From an uncultured candidatus Porisulfidus sp. (GTDB lineage: Bacteria > Pseudomonadota > Gammaproteobacteria > Poriferisulfidales > Oxydemutatoraceae): a stretch of DNA of 64,000 bases. The notes below the pieces were generated by a model, which was not told the origin of the DNA, did no database searches, and saw nothing but the letters and a program-made list of their open reading frames with translations. Shown here piece by piece: positions 10,453-21,051 of the stretch. Each line of letters opens with the position of its first letter. Position 1 is the first letter of the stretch. Location of the stretch: assembly GCA_965215125.1 (NCBI GenBank), contig OZ244052.1, positions 1,376,001 through 1,440,000 of the forward strand. The letters run 5' to 3'. The translations under genes and the position numbers were made by a program.

Positions 10453-11391
10453 TTAAACCTTGGTGGTGCCGTGGTATAGATTTACGACGTGTCGTGCCTC
10501 CGAGAAAAATAACCAGCGTTCTATCAATACACCTAAAAAAGAAGATAAGAACCCTATAAGCATTAAGGGCAGTGCGATAGATACCTGTGCCATCGTACCG
10601 ATCAATAACAATGCCGGCAGTATGAACGCCAACATAAAAACCGAGGTGCGTAGTAATAAACTCTTGTTTTTCGTTATCGTATAGCCGAACTCGTCGGTTA
10701 GAAAGGTGCCGGAAGTATGCCCTACATCGAGCAACCGCACCGGCTCACGCGTGAATCCGGTTGCGGTAGCAATCGTGGAACTCTCGGGAATACCTATCCA
10801 TGCGTAATAAATAAGTTTTGAAACGGCAGCCAGCAAAACAAAAGTCAGCGCAAGGATTAAAACGGTTAAAGAATAGGTGCCGGTCGCTTCCAATATCGCA
10901 AGTATCAAAAGGCTTCCTGTCGTCAGTGCCAAAAAAATGTAATTCATCGGTGTCATTGCAGTATGCCACTGCGGAATGGTTTTCAGACAAGCGTATATCA
11001 TCCCCGTTGAAAAAACGGTAGCCAATGCCAAGCCTAGAGTTGATAAAGAAGCGACTATCCATAAGGTATACGACTGCTCGGCAATACCTAGCCACCATCC
11101 GCCTATCCAAAGTAAGGCAACGGGGAAGAACACGACGGCTATCACGGCCTCTCGTGCCAGCCACGATGTTTTGAAACGGCTGAATGCTCGCCACGCATTT
11201 TTAGGGTTTGCCAAATGCAAGGTAGACGAAAACAAACCCAAGATAATCAATATAAAACCGACCCCGCACAGTGTTGTGAATAGCGTAGCATCGGGCTTAT
11301 TAAATAAGGTATAAGCCGATAGAACCATGAATAAACCGAATCCTGCACCGGAGGCGGTAGTAAAAAATATAATCGATAAAGCGGGTTGCAT
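10453..11391 (-). CDS. soeC: Sulfite dehydrogenase membrane anchor SoeC (DmsC-like)
   Basis: MQPALSIIFFT, HLANPKNAWRAFS..SWLARE, ERWLFF; operon context. Confidence 0.9.
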   Translation of the reverse strand: MQPALSIIFFTTASGAGFGLFMVLSAYTLFNKPDATLFTTLCGVGFILIILGLFSSTLHLANPKNAWRAFSRFKTSWLAREAVIAVVFFPVALLWIGGWWLGIAEQSYTLWIVASLSTLGLALATVFSTGMIYACLKTIPQWHTAMTPMNYIFLALTTGSLLILAILEATGTYSLTVLILALTFVLLAAVSKLIYYAWIGIPESSTIATATGFTREPVRLLDVGHTSGTFLTDEFGYTITKNKSLLLRTSVFMLAFILPALLLIGTMAQVSIALPLMLIGFLSSFLGVLIERWLFFSEARHVVNLYHGTTKV

Positions 11392-11404
11392 CGTAGCTTT
11401 AAGA

Positions 11405-12118
11405 TCAGTAGTCTATCGCTCGGTTGACCCAATCTTTGACTTTGCCGACTAGTCCTTTATTGCCGTTGTTCCGTGAAGTCGCTTTTGGATACTGTGGTGT
11501 CGGTTTGACTTCGCGCGGCGGTAAGTATTTGTTAACCGGGTTATAACCGAGTTCCGGCATCAGTTGCGCCCCACCGCGTTGGCGTGCCATTTTGGATACC
11601 TCCGAGTCGGGGTCGTCGAAATCGCCGAAAAAACGGGCGTGGGTAGGACATGTTAAGACACAAACGGGTTTTCTTTCCTCCTCGGGTAATGCTTGATCGT
11701 AAATGCGGTCTATGCATAGGGTGCATTTTTTCATAACGCCGTCTTCTCGATCCAACTCCCGCGCACCGTAAGGACATGCCCAAGCGCAGTAATTACAGCC
11801 CATACATTTCTCTTGGTCTACCAATACGATACCGTCTTCGGGACGTTTATACGATGCTCCCGTAGGACAGACCGTGACACAATCGGCATCCTCGCAGTGC
11901 ATACACGACATCGGGAAATGAATCGTTTTACTATCCGGATAATCGCCCACCTCGTAATTTCGGATACGATTGAACCATACGCCGGAAGGGTCTTTACCGT
12001 AAGGGTTATAGTCGGTGAGCGGCCCGGTCATACCCGAGGTGTTCCATTGTTTGCAAGCAACCGCACACGCATTGCAACCTACGCAAGTATCTAAGTCTAT
12101 TACTAATCCTAACTTCAT
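11405..12118 (-). CDS. soeB: Sulfite dehydrogenase Fe-S subunit SoeB
   Basis: Four 4Fe-4S Cys clusters, MKLGLVIDLDTCVGC. Confidence 0.92.
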   Translation of the reverse strand: MKLGLVIDLDTCVGCNACAVACKQWNTSGMTGPLTDYNPYGKDPSGVWFNRIRNYEVGDYPDSKTIHFPMSCMHCEDADCVTVCPTGASYKRPEDGIVLVDQEKCMGCNYCAWACPYGARELDREDGVMKKCTLCIDRIYDQALPEEERKPVCVLTCPTHARFFGDFDDPDSEVSKMARQRGGAQLMPELGYNPVNKYLPPREVKPTPQYPKATSRNNGNKGLVGKVKDWVNRAIDY

Positions 12119-15063
12119 TTGAGTCCTCTGGTTATGATGTCTTTGAAAGAACGTTTTAAGTGCACCGCCTTATGCGATTGATAGCGCAATGTGGCATCGG
12201 CATCCTGTTGTACCGCTTTAATCCGTGGCTCGTAGAGGGGCTGTACGCCGTCGTTGCTTCCGTTTGCAGGACTGATTTTGACGCATAAATCGTACCACGC
12301 CGCTTGTCCGGTAACGGGGTCGGCATTAGCAACCGGACGGTCGTACAAATCCTTGGGCAACAATTCATCTATTAAATGGTTCAGCAAAAATCCTTCGTTG
12401 GCTTCGTTGGCATCTTCGGATAAGCCCCATGTGCCGCGCGCCTTACCTATGGCATTCCATGTCCATACGGTGTCTTCTTGAATACCTTCCATCAATTTTA
12501 TCTGCACACGAATTTTAGCGTTGCGAGATTCCACCCACACCCACGACAAATCTTCAATGCCCATCCGTTCGGCACGTTTGCGGTTCATATAGAGAAAGTT
12601 TTTGGCAATGATTTGTCTGAGCCATGGGTTTTGTGAATCCCACGAATGGTACATCATCATCGGTCGTTGCGTAATTGCATAAAAGGGATAATCGCGACTG
12701 TCGTGTACCTGCGGAGTTTGCTCCAGCGGCGTGTAGTGTGAAGGCAGCGGCGAGCAGAAGGTTTTGATACGCTCCCGATCCTTTTGTTGCGGCGGTTGTG
12801 GTCCGTTGTATACGCCCATCGCTGCCAAGCGGAATTTTTGCAAGGTCTCCGAATAAAGCTCTATGACGACAGGCTCGGAGCTTTCGTTAAAGCCGACCCC
12901 TTTTGCAAACTCCAGATAGTCCTTGTTCGCAAAACGGTAAAAGCGCATGTGTTCGGGCAACTCGTAATGCAGAAAACATTTGTTTTCAATATATTTTTCC
13001 CATTGTTTGGGGTTGGGTTCGCCTCGCAGGTGTTTGCTTCCGTCCGCCCCGCGCCAGCCTGCCAGAAAACCGATTCCCGGAGCTTTCTGAAAATTGACTA
13101 TAAAATCTTTGTAGTCCTTATATTTGGCACCGCCGTCTTCGTTGAGGAATGCCGGGAATTTTAATCGGGATGCCAGTTCAATCATGACTTCTTGCCAAGG
13201 CTTTGCGTCGCGATCCGGCTCTAGTACCGGGGCGCGTATAGAGTCGCAAACGGCATCGGGATCCGAGATCGGTCTATCCAACAGCGATATAGTATCGTAG
13301 CGTTCTAAATAGGTCGTGTCGGGCAGAACCAAATCGGCAAATTGAACCATCTCCGAGTTAAAGGCATCTATAACGACCAAAAACGGGATTTTATATTCTC
13401 CGCCGGCATCTTTAGCCTTAAGCATATTTTGTATCTTGGCAACATTCATCGTTGAATTCCAACTCATATTTGCCATAAACAGCATCAGAGTATCTATGGG
13501 ATAGGGATCGCCGTTGGCAGCATTCGTTATCACGGTGTGCATCAGTCCATGGTTAGCCAAAGGTGCCTCCCATGAATAGGCTTTATCTATGCGCAAAGGC
13601 TGCCCTTTGTCGTCAATGACCAAGTCCTCGGGACAAGTAGGAAACCCCAGCGGAGGTGCGGGAAGGGCTTCGCCGGCTTTGCTGTGCTGTGCGGGTTTAA
13701 TTGACGGGGGAATATGCTTAGGATAGGGCGGCTTGGCTCGATATGCTCCGGGACAATCTATAGCACCGAGTAAAATTTGCAACAGATGGATCGCTCTGCA
13801 GGTTTGAAAGCCGTTGGAGTGCGCTGAAATACCGCGCATCGCATGCATAGATACCGGCCGCCCGATGAAGCTATCGTGCTGTCTCCCCGCACTATCCACC
13901 CATTGGCACGGCACCTCTATAGTCTCTTTGAAAGCGATATGCGCCATTTCAAGTGCCAAACGTTCTATCGTGTCGGCGTTGATACCGCAAACGGCGGCTG
14001 CGTGTTCGGGGGCATATTTTTCGTCAAGGTATTGTTCGGTGAGCGTTGTAAATACGGTTTTTAATTTAATGCCTTCTTTGCTCCGGTATTCGCCGAACAA
14101 TGCAGGTTGTGTGCCGCACAGTGCCGCTGCCGCAATGCTCTCTGTTTTTAGGTCCCAGATATACGGTTTGCCTTCGGTATTGCGATAGACCAAGCCATCG
14201 TCGGAGCCGCCCGGATTATCGATTAGCAAATAAGGTGCATTGGTATACCGCACTAAAAATTCCCAATCAAATAATTCGTTTTTTAATAGTACGTGCACCA
14301 TAGATAAAGCTAACATCGCATCGCTGCCGGGAATGACAGGAACCCACTCGTCGGCAATGGCTTGGTAGCCGGTGCGTACCGGATTGACGGCAACAAACTT
14401 ACTCCCGCGTCGCTTAAGTTTTTCCAATCCGATCTTAATCGGGTTGGAAGCGTGGTCTTCGGCAACCCCCCAAAGCATGAAATACTTGGTACGATCCCAG
14501 TCCGGCTCGCCGAATTCCCAAAACGAATATCCCATCGTATACAGGCCGCCGGCTGCCATATTAACCGAGCAGAAGCCACCGTGGGCTGCCCAGTTGACTG
14601 TCCCGAACTGTTGCGCCCATAGCCCGGTCAGAGCCTGCATTTGATCGCGACCGGTGAAATAAGCGAGCTTTTTAGGATCGCTTTTCCTGATTTTATCGAG
14701 CCGCTCAACCAAAATATCGAGTGCTTTCTGCCAACTAATTTCTTCAAATTCTCCGCGACCTCGGTCTGCAGTTGCCTTGCGTAGCATAGGCTTTTTGAGC
14801 TTGGCAGGCGAGGATTGTTTCATAATGCCGGCGTTGCCTTTGGCGCACAACACACCGCGGTTCACCGGATGCTCTCGGGTGCCTTGTATAAAACGAATTT
14901 TGTTATTTTCCAACGTCACCTTGATCCCGCAACGACAAGCACACATATAGCAAGTTGTGTGCTTTATTTGTTGATTAGCGTGATCTTCAAAACAAGGTAA
15001 GTTGCCGTCTTCGGCGGTATCGCCTGCAATGACTTTATCGGGCAATGATTTCTCTCCACTCAA
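12115..15063 (-). CDS. soeA: Sulfite dehydrogenase molybdopterin subunit SoeA
   Basis: TTCYMCACRCGI, AAHGGFCSVNMA, MYHSWDSQN. Confidence 0.92.
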   Translation of the reverse strand: MSGEKSLPDKVIAGDTAEDGNLPCFEDHANQQIKHTTCYMCACRCGIKVTLENNKIRFIQGTREHPVNRGVLCAKGNAGIMKQSSPAKLKKPMLRKATADRGRGEFEEISWQKALDILVERLDKIRKSDPKKLAYFTGRDQMQALTGLWAQQFGTVNWAAHGGFCSVNMAAGGLYTMGYSFWEFGEPDWDRTKYFMLWGVAEDHASNPIKIGLEKLKRRGSKFVAVNPVRTGYQAIADEWVPVIPGSDAMLALSMVHVLLKNELFDWEFLVRYTNAPYLLIDNPGGSDDGLVYRNTEGKPYIWDLKTESIAAAALCGTQPALFGEYRSKEGIKLKTVFTTLTEQYLDEKYAPEHAAAVCGINADTIERLALEMAHIAFKETIEVPCQWVDSAGRQHDSFIGRPVSMHAMRGISAHSNGFQTCRAIHLLQILLGAIDCPGAYRAKPPYPKHIPPSIKPAQHSKAGEALPAPPLGFPTCPEDLVIDDKGQPLRIDKAYSWEAPLANHGLMHTVITNAANGDPYPIDTLMLFMANMSWNSTMNVAKIQNMLKAKDAGGEYKIPFLVVIDAFNSEMVQFADLVLPDTTYLERYDTISLLDRPISDPDAVCDSIRAPVLEPDRDAKPWQEVMIELASRLKFPAFLNEDGGAKYKDYKDFIVNFQKAPGIGFLAGWRGADGSKHLRGEPNPKQWEKYIENKCFLHYELPEHMRFYRFANKDYLEFAKGVGFNESSEPVVIELYSETLQKFRLAAMGVYNGPQPPQQKDRERIKTFCSPLPSHYTPLEQTPQVHDSRDYPFYAITQRPMMMYHSWDSQNPWLRQIIAKNFLYMNRKRAERMGIEDLSWVWVESRNAKIRVQIKLMEGIQEDTVWTWNAIGKARGTWGLSEDANEANEGFLLNHLIDELLPKDLYDRPVANADPVTGQAAWYDLCVKISPANGSNDGVQPLYEPRIKAVQQDADATLRYQSHKAVHLKRSFKDIITRGLK

Positions 15064-15164
15064 ATAATTATCTAAAGCATTGAATTTTACCTATTAGTAG
15101 AGATTAAAGCAAGGCGATACTCCCCTATTGCAATGCACGTGTTATCCAATGATTGCGGTTCCGC

Positions 15165-15391
15165 ACAATGTTACGCCACTTGCCCAGCCGGGCAAGTGGC
15201 AGTCGGAGGTCATGTGAAAAGACTGGAAATTAAACAATCATTTCATCTTATAAGGTATCCGATTTGCACACCCTCACCATTCTGCACTTATAAGGATAAA
15301 CCCTAGTTTATCCGACCTACATACCCATGTTAAGGCTCTGCACAATGTCACGCCGTTTGTGCTACTGAACAAACGGTGGTTCTATTGTGCC
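15165..15391. repeat. Two divergent copies of hairpin module B (15175-15200, 15351-15378)
   Basis: Both follow the module-B flank GCACAATGT(C/T)AC; stems GCCACTTGCCC/GGGCAAGTGGC and CGCCGTTTGT/ACAAACGGTG. Confidence 0.65.
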
Positions 15392-15430
15392 GGTATACCC
15401 TATAATAGACCTTTTTACATACACGGGAAA

Positions 15431-16624
15431 ATGCCGCTACTTAATATAACTTTTTGGTTTTTAGCCGGCCTCATAGTCGGATGGTTCTTGGCTACGGCAC
15501 AAGATGACGGTTTTGACAATACGGTGTCGGTGCTTTCGGATAAGACCGAACAAAATATGGAGATCTCTCAAATGGTAGCTTTGAATGATAATCAAACCGA
15601 GAGTATCTATACCGAAGAAGCTATTGAGAAGAACAGTATCGTAATAGAGAAATTTGAAAAAGCGATAGAGAAGAATAACCGAGAGGCAGTCCTTATTTAT
15701 AAGCAAGAACTGCGTGCCGGTGGCGACCTTACAAAGCAAATGCGTAGCCGTTTGATTGCCCGCATGGTCAGGTTGATACGGCTACATCGGCACCGAGATG
15801 CTCGACAATTAATAAGCGCATACCTTGACTCCAACGCCTACGATGCCGAGGTCTTGGTGATACAAGCCCAGCTAAATCATATCTTGGGACGCCATTTGGA
15901 CGCACTTGGCAATGTTTATGAGGCAAAAATTTACGGAGATCGAAGCATAGAAGAGAAAACTATAGACCAGTTTATCGACAAAATACTCACCGAATACGAA
16001 AAGCTATTGATAGAAAAAAAAGAGTGGAATTCATTGGTTTCTCTCTACAGTTTGGTAGTGGAAAAAGATTATAGCGAGCGTCAATCTTCTTATTATTACA
16101 AGTTGTCGCAGGCACAATTCAAACTCGGCGATTATTACAATGCACTTGCTAGTCTAAGCCAAATTCTCGGCAACCCTTTGTGGAATAGAAAGGCGCAATA
16201 TTTCCAGTTAACGATAGAGAAATTCATTGAAGGCAACGGTATTGTTGCCATTCCCGTCAAATATATAGACCCGCATAAATTCTTGGCGATAGTAACCATC
16301 AACGATACGATTGAAGCGGAACTCTTAATAGATACCGGTGCTTCTCTTTCGGTGCTTAGACAAAAGTTTATAGACGAGGTTGAACTGCCGGTGAAAGACG
16401 AAGAACCTCTTACGCTGACCACTGTCAGCGATGTCGTCGAGGCACGCACTATCAAATTGGATAGTTTCGGTATCAACGATATTAAATTCGCCGATATGCC
16501 TATAGGGGTGACCGAAATGCCCGATGATTTTGTTCCCGATGGCTTACTCGGCATGGATTTTTTAAGTAAATTCGAGTTTAATCTAGATCAAGAAGATTTA
16601 ACCCTTTATCTATATAGTCTATAG
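15431..16624 (+). CDS. TPR-like plus retropepsin-like aspartyl protease
   Basis: LLIDTGAS and DGLLGMDFL motifs, N-terminal TM; ATG at 15431 preferred because the upstream ORF extension lies in a repeat. Confidence 0.8.
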   Translation: MPLLNITFWFLAGLIVGWFLATAQDDGFDNTVSVLSDKTEQNMEISQMVALNDNQTESIYTEEAIEKNSIVIEKFEKAIEKNNREAVLIYKQELRAGGDLTKQMRSRLIARMVRLIRLHRHRDARQLISAYLDSNAYDAEVLVIQAQLNHILGRHLDALGNVYEAKIYGDRSIEEKTIDQFIDKILTEYEKLLIEKKEWNSLVSLYSLVVEKDYSERQSSYYYKLSQAQFKLGDYYNALASLSQILGNPLWNRKAQYFQLTIEKFIEGNGIVAIPVKYIDPHKFLAIVTINDTIEAELLIDTGASLSVLRQKFIDEVELPVKDEEPLTLTTVSDVVEARTIKLDSFGINDIKFADMPIGVTEMPDDFVPDGLLGMDFLSKFEFNLDQEDLTLYLYSL

Positions 16625-16660
16625 TTCAGTTGCTGAAGTGATGCGAATACAATATTGTTA

Positions 16661-16945
16661 TTCCCCTCCTGTGGAGGGGTGGCAGGCGCAATAGAACCAC
16701 CACTTGTTGCAGTAGCACAAGTGGTGTCACTTTGTGCAGACCCTAACGCATATTGCAAAATGTAAAGCCTTTCTCTGGGGTGCTTGCGTCGTATCTGTAC
16801 GAGTATAGTGCCGGTACATTCCCCTCCTGTGGAGGGGTGGCAGGCGCAATAGAGCCGCCGATTGAGCCAGTAGGTCAATCGGCGTAACGGTATGCAAAAT
16901 CTTAGTACATATTACAAAATGTAAAACCTTTTCATGGGGTGGTCA
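16661..16945. repeat. Tandem pair (158-bp period) of A+B modular repeat units
   Basis: TTCCCCTCCTGTGGAGGGGTGGCAGGCGCAATAGA at 16661 and 16819, each followed by a 10-bp stem hairpin. Confidence 0.85.
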
Positions 16946-16970
16946 TCACAATGATGTGGCACAGCAGTCA

Positions 16971-17933
16971 TTAGGTCATAGAAACCCTTTTTACCTGATA
17001 GCCGTATCCTTCCAGCAGGCTCAGCACGCCTTCTTTGCCGTACAAATGTAAGGCACCGACGGCGATAAAAGTATTTTTTCTACGCAAAGGTGCCAACATA
17101 TAGTGTGCCATTACGATATTGCGAATATACAACACATGCTTGAGGTAGGTTTTTTTATAACCTTTATCCGTAGACTCTTGGGATATAAAACGCGTGGCAA
17201 GCGACAGCATCTGTGCCAAATCTTCTTTTAGATAAAATTCAATCATCGTTTCCGCAACGGACGATAGTTCATTGAGATGCTCCACACGATCCTTCAGCAA
17301 AGCTATCTGTGCATCAACCGGGAAAGCGTAGTACGCCGCCATCAACTCCTCGAGCGTCTCTAATTGATACACCGTTGCCGAATTATCCAGTGCCATTTGA
17401 AAAAGCAGATAATCCAACATAACCGAATTATTAGTGTTGCTTTTATCCGGGGCATCTTCGGTCCTATAAATTCCGGATAGTGCGTGCATCGCAGCCCACG
17501 GTTTCAATCTCTCTATGCGTTCATCCTTAAAGCCGTTCATTAGCAGTCGCTCGCGTATGGATTGATATGTTTTAGCATCGACCAAATCACTCAACCGCTG
17601 TCCCTCGTCGAGCATCATATCTTTGACTATGCTCCTGAAGCCGGAATTCGGGCTGAAATAACGTACTCCCGGGAAGGTTTCTATGCAAAAATTATCCGCT
17701 TCCAACAAAGCCGATTTGACCGACTGTTTTAATTCGGAGATACGCATGTCGTTTGAGTGTAAGGTTCCGAATAGATAGCCTATGTGTTCGCCCGCCTTTG
17801 ATATAGACCAAAACAATCCCTTATCGAAGCGCGATGCGGCTTGGGTTGTCTCGGCGGATTTTAATTCTGCCTGCAACGCAGCAGATGATACCAGCAGTGA
17901 TAAAGCCGATAGTGTTAATAAAAGTCTTTTCAT
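16971..17933 (-). CDS. TraB/GumN family protein
   Basis: Signal peptide, YLFGTLH, LKPWAA, LET, RN..M, FIAVGALHL.G..GVL. Confidence 0.88.
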   Translation of the reverse strand: MKRLLLTLSALSLLVSSAALQAELKSAETTQAASRFDKGLFWSISKAGEHIGYLFGTLHSNDMRISELKQSVKSALLEADNFCIETFPGVRYFSPNSGFRSIVKDMMLDEGQRLSDLVDAKTYQSIRERLLMNGFKDERIERLKPWAAMHALSGIYRTEDAPDKSNTNNSVMLDYLLFQMALDNSATVYQLETLEELMAAYYAFPVDAQIALLKDRVEHLNELSSVAETMIEFYLKEDLAQMLSLATRFISQESTDKGYKKTYLKHVLYIRNIVMAHYMLAPLRRKNTFIAVGALHLYGKEGVLSLLEGYGYQVKRVSMT

Positions 17934-18042
17934 ATTTCACTCCCTATGTGTTTAAGGCGGTTAGTTGCCAATGGTTTTATTTTAGCAGTAAATTAAATGA
18001 TGAGCGATATTAGGTGCTAATACGATGGGTCCCAAGAGAAAT

Positions 18043-18825
18043 TTATCGTTTGCAATAATGCTCTATAATTGCCGGCAATATATCTTCGTCAATCGGGCTA
18101 CGGGCAACGATGGGTGGACGCTTGAAACCTAGCTTGCTATACAATTCTTTGATACCGAGACTTCCCAAAACCAGTTGTCTATCGAGCAACATAGCAACAG
18201 AATCCGCCTCGGTCATTGCGTGGAGGTTTGCCAAAGTTTCACCACTTGCCACGGTAATATAATCGGGCACCGGGTGCTGTTCGTCCAATCTCAAGCATTT
18301 TGACGGTCTTTGTCTACGATAGACTTCAACATAATCTACCTCCAGTCCTCGGCGAGTGAGTTCTCTCGCTAAATACGGGTTTCCTCCTTGACCGCGAAAA
18401 ATCAATACTGCCCCGCGTGTTATATTTTTTATGGACTGCATTGCTGCCAATGCCTCGCTACTCGCCGCTTCGTGCGGGTGTATTGCGTCGGCAATGCCTG
18501 CCTTTGCCAATGCTTCTGCGGTTTTAATGCCGACTGCGGCAACCGGTTTATTGATTTGGTAGATGCCCGTCTTGTGCAATAGCCGAGTGCCGTAATGCAC
18601 CGCATTGCGACTGATAAAAACCAACAGACTGTATTTATCAAGCTGTTTGATCCTGCTCAGATTGGCTTCACTGTGTGCGGTATCTACGATTTCCATACAC
18701 GGGAAACGAATGACCGTAGCACCTTGTTCGGCACAAAGCTCCGATAGTCTATCCGCAAGTTGAACAGGTCGCGTGACCATAACGCAACAACCTTGCAGGG
18801 GGAGATTTTTACGAGGTTTATTCAT
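18043..18825 (-). CDS. hemD: Uroporphyrinogen-III synthase
   Basis: VTRP, FISRNAV, AVGIKTA, VYRR; overlaps the hemC stop. Confidence 0.9.
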   Translation of the reverse strand: MNKPRKNLPLQGCCVMVTRPVQLADRLSELCAEQGATVIRFPCMEIVDTAHSEANLSRIKQLDKYSLLVFISRNAVHYGTRLLHKTGIYQINKPVAAVGIKTAEALAKAGIADAIHPHEAASSEALAAMQSIKNITRGAVLIFRGQGGNPYLARELTRRGLEVDYVEVYRRQRPSKCLRLDEQHPVPDYITVASGETLANLHAMTEADSVAMLLDRQLVLGSLGIKELYSKLGFKRPPIVARSPIDEDILPAIIEHYCKR

Positions 18826-19741
18826 TATCTCGGAAGGGTGCAATCAGCGCAGCTGCACCTTGGGCGAGCAAGGCGTTTGCAGCTGCAATACCAAGTTGTT
18901 CGCTTTGCTCCGGGGTGCCGTGCCGTTCGTCTCTTAGTATTTTCTTTCCATCTATATCACCGACTAAAGCACTCAGATAAAGGTTGCCATTATTGTATTG
19001 CGCATAGGCTGCGATCGGCATCTTACAATCACCTCCCAACGCCAAACTCAACGCTCGCTCTGCTTGCAAACAAGCATAACTCGTAGTATCGTTTAGTGCG
19101 GCGATATAAGACAGCATCGGGTGATCATGCAAACATTCTATACCGATAATCCCTTGTCCTATCGCCGGTAGACTGATAGGATGCGGTAGCAAATAACGAA
19201 TACGCCGGGATAAACCCAATCGTTCGAGCCCGGCGGCAGCTAATATCAAAGCGTCGCATTCGCCTCTATCGAGCTTGTCGAGACGGGTGCCGACATTGCC
19301 TCGTAAAGGCAACACCTTTATATTCGGATAACGATGTTTCAACTGACACTGCCGCCTTAGACTTGCCGTTCCTACAATCGCATGCTTCGGTAATTGCTCA
19401 AGATTGTCGTAATTTTTAGACACGAAGGCATCCGACGGGTCTGCGCGTGTTAATGCTGCGGCGACGATAAAACCCTTGGGCAATTCGCACGGCACATCTT
19501 TCATCGAATGAACCGCAATGTCGGCTCGGTCTTCTAACAGGGCTTTTTCTAATGATTTAACGAATAAGCCTTTGCCGCCTATCTCGCTTAGGGAACTTTC
19601 AATCCGTTCGTCTCCCTCGCTTACTACGGGGACGATTTCTATCTTGATTTCAGGATACAGTGTCGCTAGATGTTCGGCGACTATATTCGTTTGTTTTAAG
19701 GCGAGTGGGCTCTTGCGTGTGACGATACGAATCGTATTCAC
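18818..19741 (-). CDS. hemC: Hydroxymethylbilane synthase
   Basis: TRKSPLA, GGKGLFVK, AVHSMKDVP, LRGNVGTRL. Confidence 0.97.
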   Translation of the reverse strand: MNTIRIVTRKSPLALKQTNIVAEHLATLYPEIKIEIVPVVSEGDERIESSLSEIGGKGLFVKSLEKALLEDRADIAVHSMKDVPCELPKGFIVAAALTRADPSDAFVSKNYDNLEQLPKHAIVGTASLRRQCQLKHRYPNIKVLPLRGNVGTRLDKLDRGECDALILAAAGLERLGLSRRIRYLLPHPISLPAIGQGIIGIECLHDHPMLSYIAALNDTTSYACLQAERALSLALGGDCKMPIAAYAQYNNGNLYLSALVGDIDGKKILRDERHGTPEQSEQLGIAAANALLAQGAAALIAPFRDNE

Positions 19742-19805
19742 TATGTACTACGCGACAACGAGCAATCGCTATCGTGTGATCCGGAAAATAGGTGTCGGCC
19801 GATTT

Positions 19806-20618
19806 TTATACATCGCTTGAAACAAAAGGTTGCCATTCGGGTGAAGCGGGCGAATGTACTACGAACGGAGGATTGATTAAAGAATCCCGCGTGTTGTATC
19901 GTAGTGGTTGCCCTGCATAATCATTCAGCTGTCCGCCCGCTTCTTCTACGATGCACTGGCCTGCCGCGGTGTCCCATTCGCAGGTAGGTCCTACGCGCAC
20001 ATAGAGATCGGCACTGCCGTCTGCAATCAAACAGCATTTTAGAGAACTGTCGGCGCGCACCAACTCGTGGTTGCCGATTTTATCGAGCAGATTTTTCGTC
20101 GGCACATTAATATGTGCACGGCTAACGGCAACGATAGGCTTCGCTCGCGGATCTTTGCGTACCGATATTTTGACCGGTTTTTTGTCCGGGTCTCGGCGGA
20201 AAGCACCGTGTTTTTCGGCAGCATAAAAAAGTTGATCCGTAGCGGGTGCATAGATTACTCCGAGAATGGAGGTATTATTATCTATCAGTGCGATATTCAC
20301 GGTGAAATAATCGTTTTTATTGATAAATCCCTTGGTGCCGTCGAGTGGGTCTACCAACCAATACCGCTGCCACTGCTTGCGTTCTTGATAAGGATGTTCG
20401 GACGAGGTCTCTTCCGACAACACCGGAATATCGGGGCTCAAAATGTTTAGCTGTTCGGTAATCAAGGTATCCGATTTTAAGTCGGCAACGGTGACCGGAG
20501 ACTTATCTTCCTTGTATTCCACATTGATTTCGTGGTTTTTGTAGATTTCCATAATTTCCAGCCCGGCTTGCTTTGCAATCGTGCAGACTTGCTCTAAATA
20601 TTCATAGGGTGTTTTCAT
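19806..20618 (-). CDS. cysQ: 3'(2'),5'-bisphosphate nucleotidase CysQ
   Basis: KEDKSPVTVAD, WLVDPLDGT, EWDTAAG. Confidence 0.93.
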   Translation of the reverse strand: MKTPYEYLEQVCTIAKQAGLEIMEIYKNHEINVEYKEDKSPVTVADLKSDTLITEQLNILSPDIPVLSEETSSEHPYQERKQWQRYWLVDPLDGTKGFINKNDYFTVNIALIDNNTSILGVIYAPATDQLFYAAEKHGAFRRDPDKKPVKISVRKDPRAKPIVAVSRAHINVPTKNLLDKIGNHELVRADSSLKCCLIADGSADLYVRVGPTCEWDTAAGQCIVEEAGGQLNDYAGQPLRYNTRDSLINPPFVVHSPASPEWQPFVSSDV

Positions 20619-21037
20619 CCTCGGCCCCAACGTTTGTACCTTTTTTTGCAATACGCTAATAAGGATTTGTAATCGGGAAAATAAAGTTCAAAACCATCCT
20701 CCGCGGGCGCATCGAACTCGCAATAATCGTTTGAATGATCCCTACAGATTTGGGGTCTATTTTCATAAATACCACAGCCTCCGTCGGGAAGCAAGTGACT
20801 GCACTTTGTGTCGAACAATAAACACCATCCGTCTTCGTCTTTATAGACGCTTACGTTGTGATGCGAGACTTGCCACAGCAGGTGTTCAAAATCCACCTTG
20901 CTACGCGGTGTGTCTATCGCTTGTGTTATATAAGTACAACATGTGCTGTTTTTACAAAAACTACATTTGTTTTCCGGGGTTATTTTATTTTTAACATTTG
21001 TTTTAACCTTGATAGGTATGGAAAGTGTCTGTGGCAT
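20615..21037 (-). CDS. YkgJ family (CxxCxxCC) cysteine-cluster protein
   Basis: CSFCKNSTCC, CGIYENRPQICR. Confidence 0.85.
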   Translation of the reverse strand: MPQTLSIPIKVKTNVKNKITPENKCSFCKNSTCCTYITQAIDTPRSKVDFEHLLWQVSHHNVSVYKDEDGWCLLFDTKCSHLLPDGGCGIYENRPQICRDHSNDYCEFDAPAEDGFELYFPDYKSLLAYCKKRYKRWGRG

Positions 21038-21051
21038 TTTATCAGAGCCTT

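Noticed and set aside
12156-15000. Antisense and alternate-frame ORFs within soeA and other housekeeping genes
   Set aside because: Shadow ORFs with no recognisable motifs, fully overlapping confident genes.
16661-16945. CRISPR array
   Set aside because: Only two units with a 158-bp period, the spacers are homologous to each other, and no cas genes are present.
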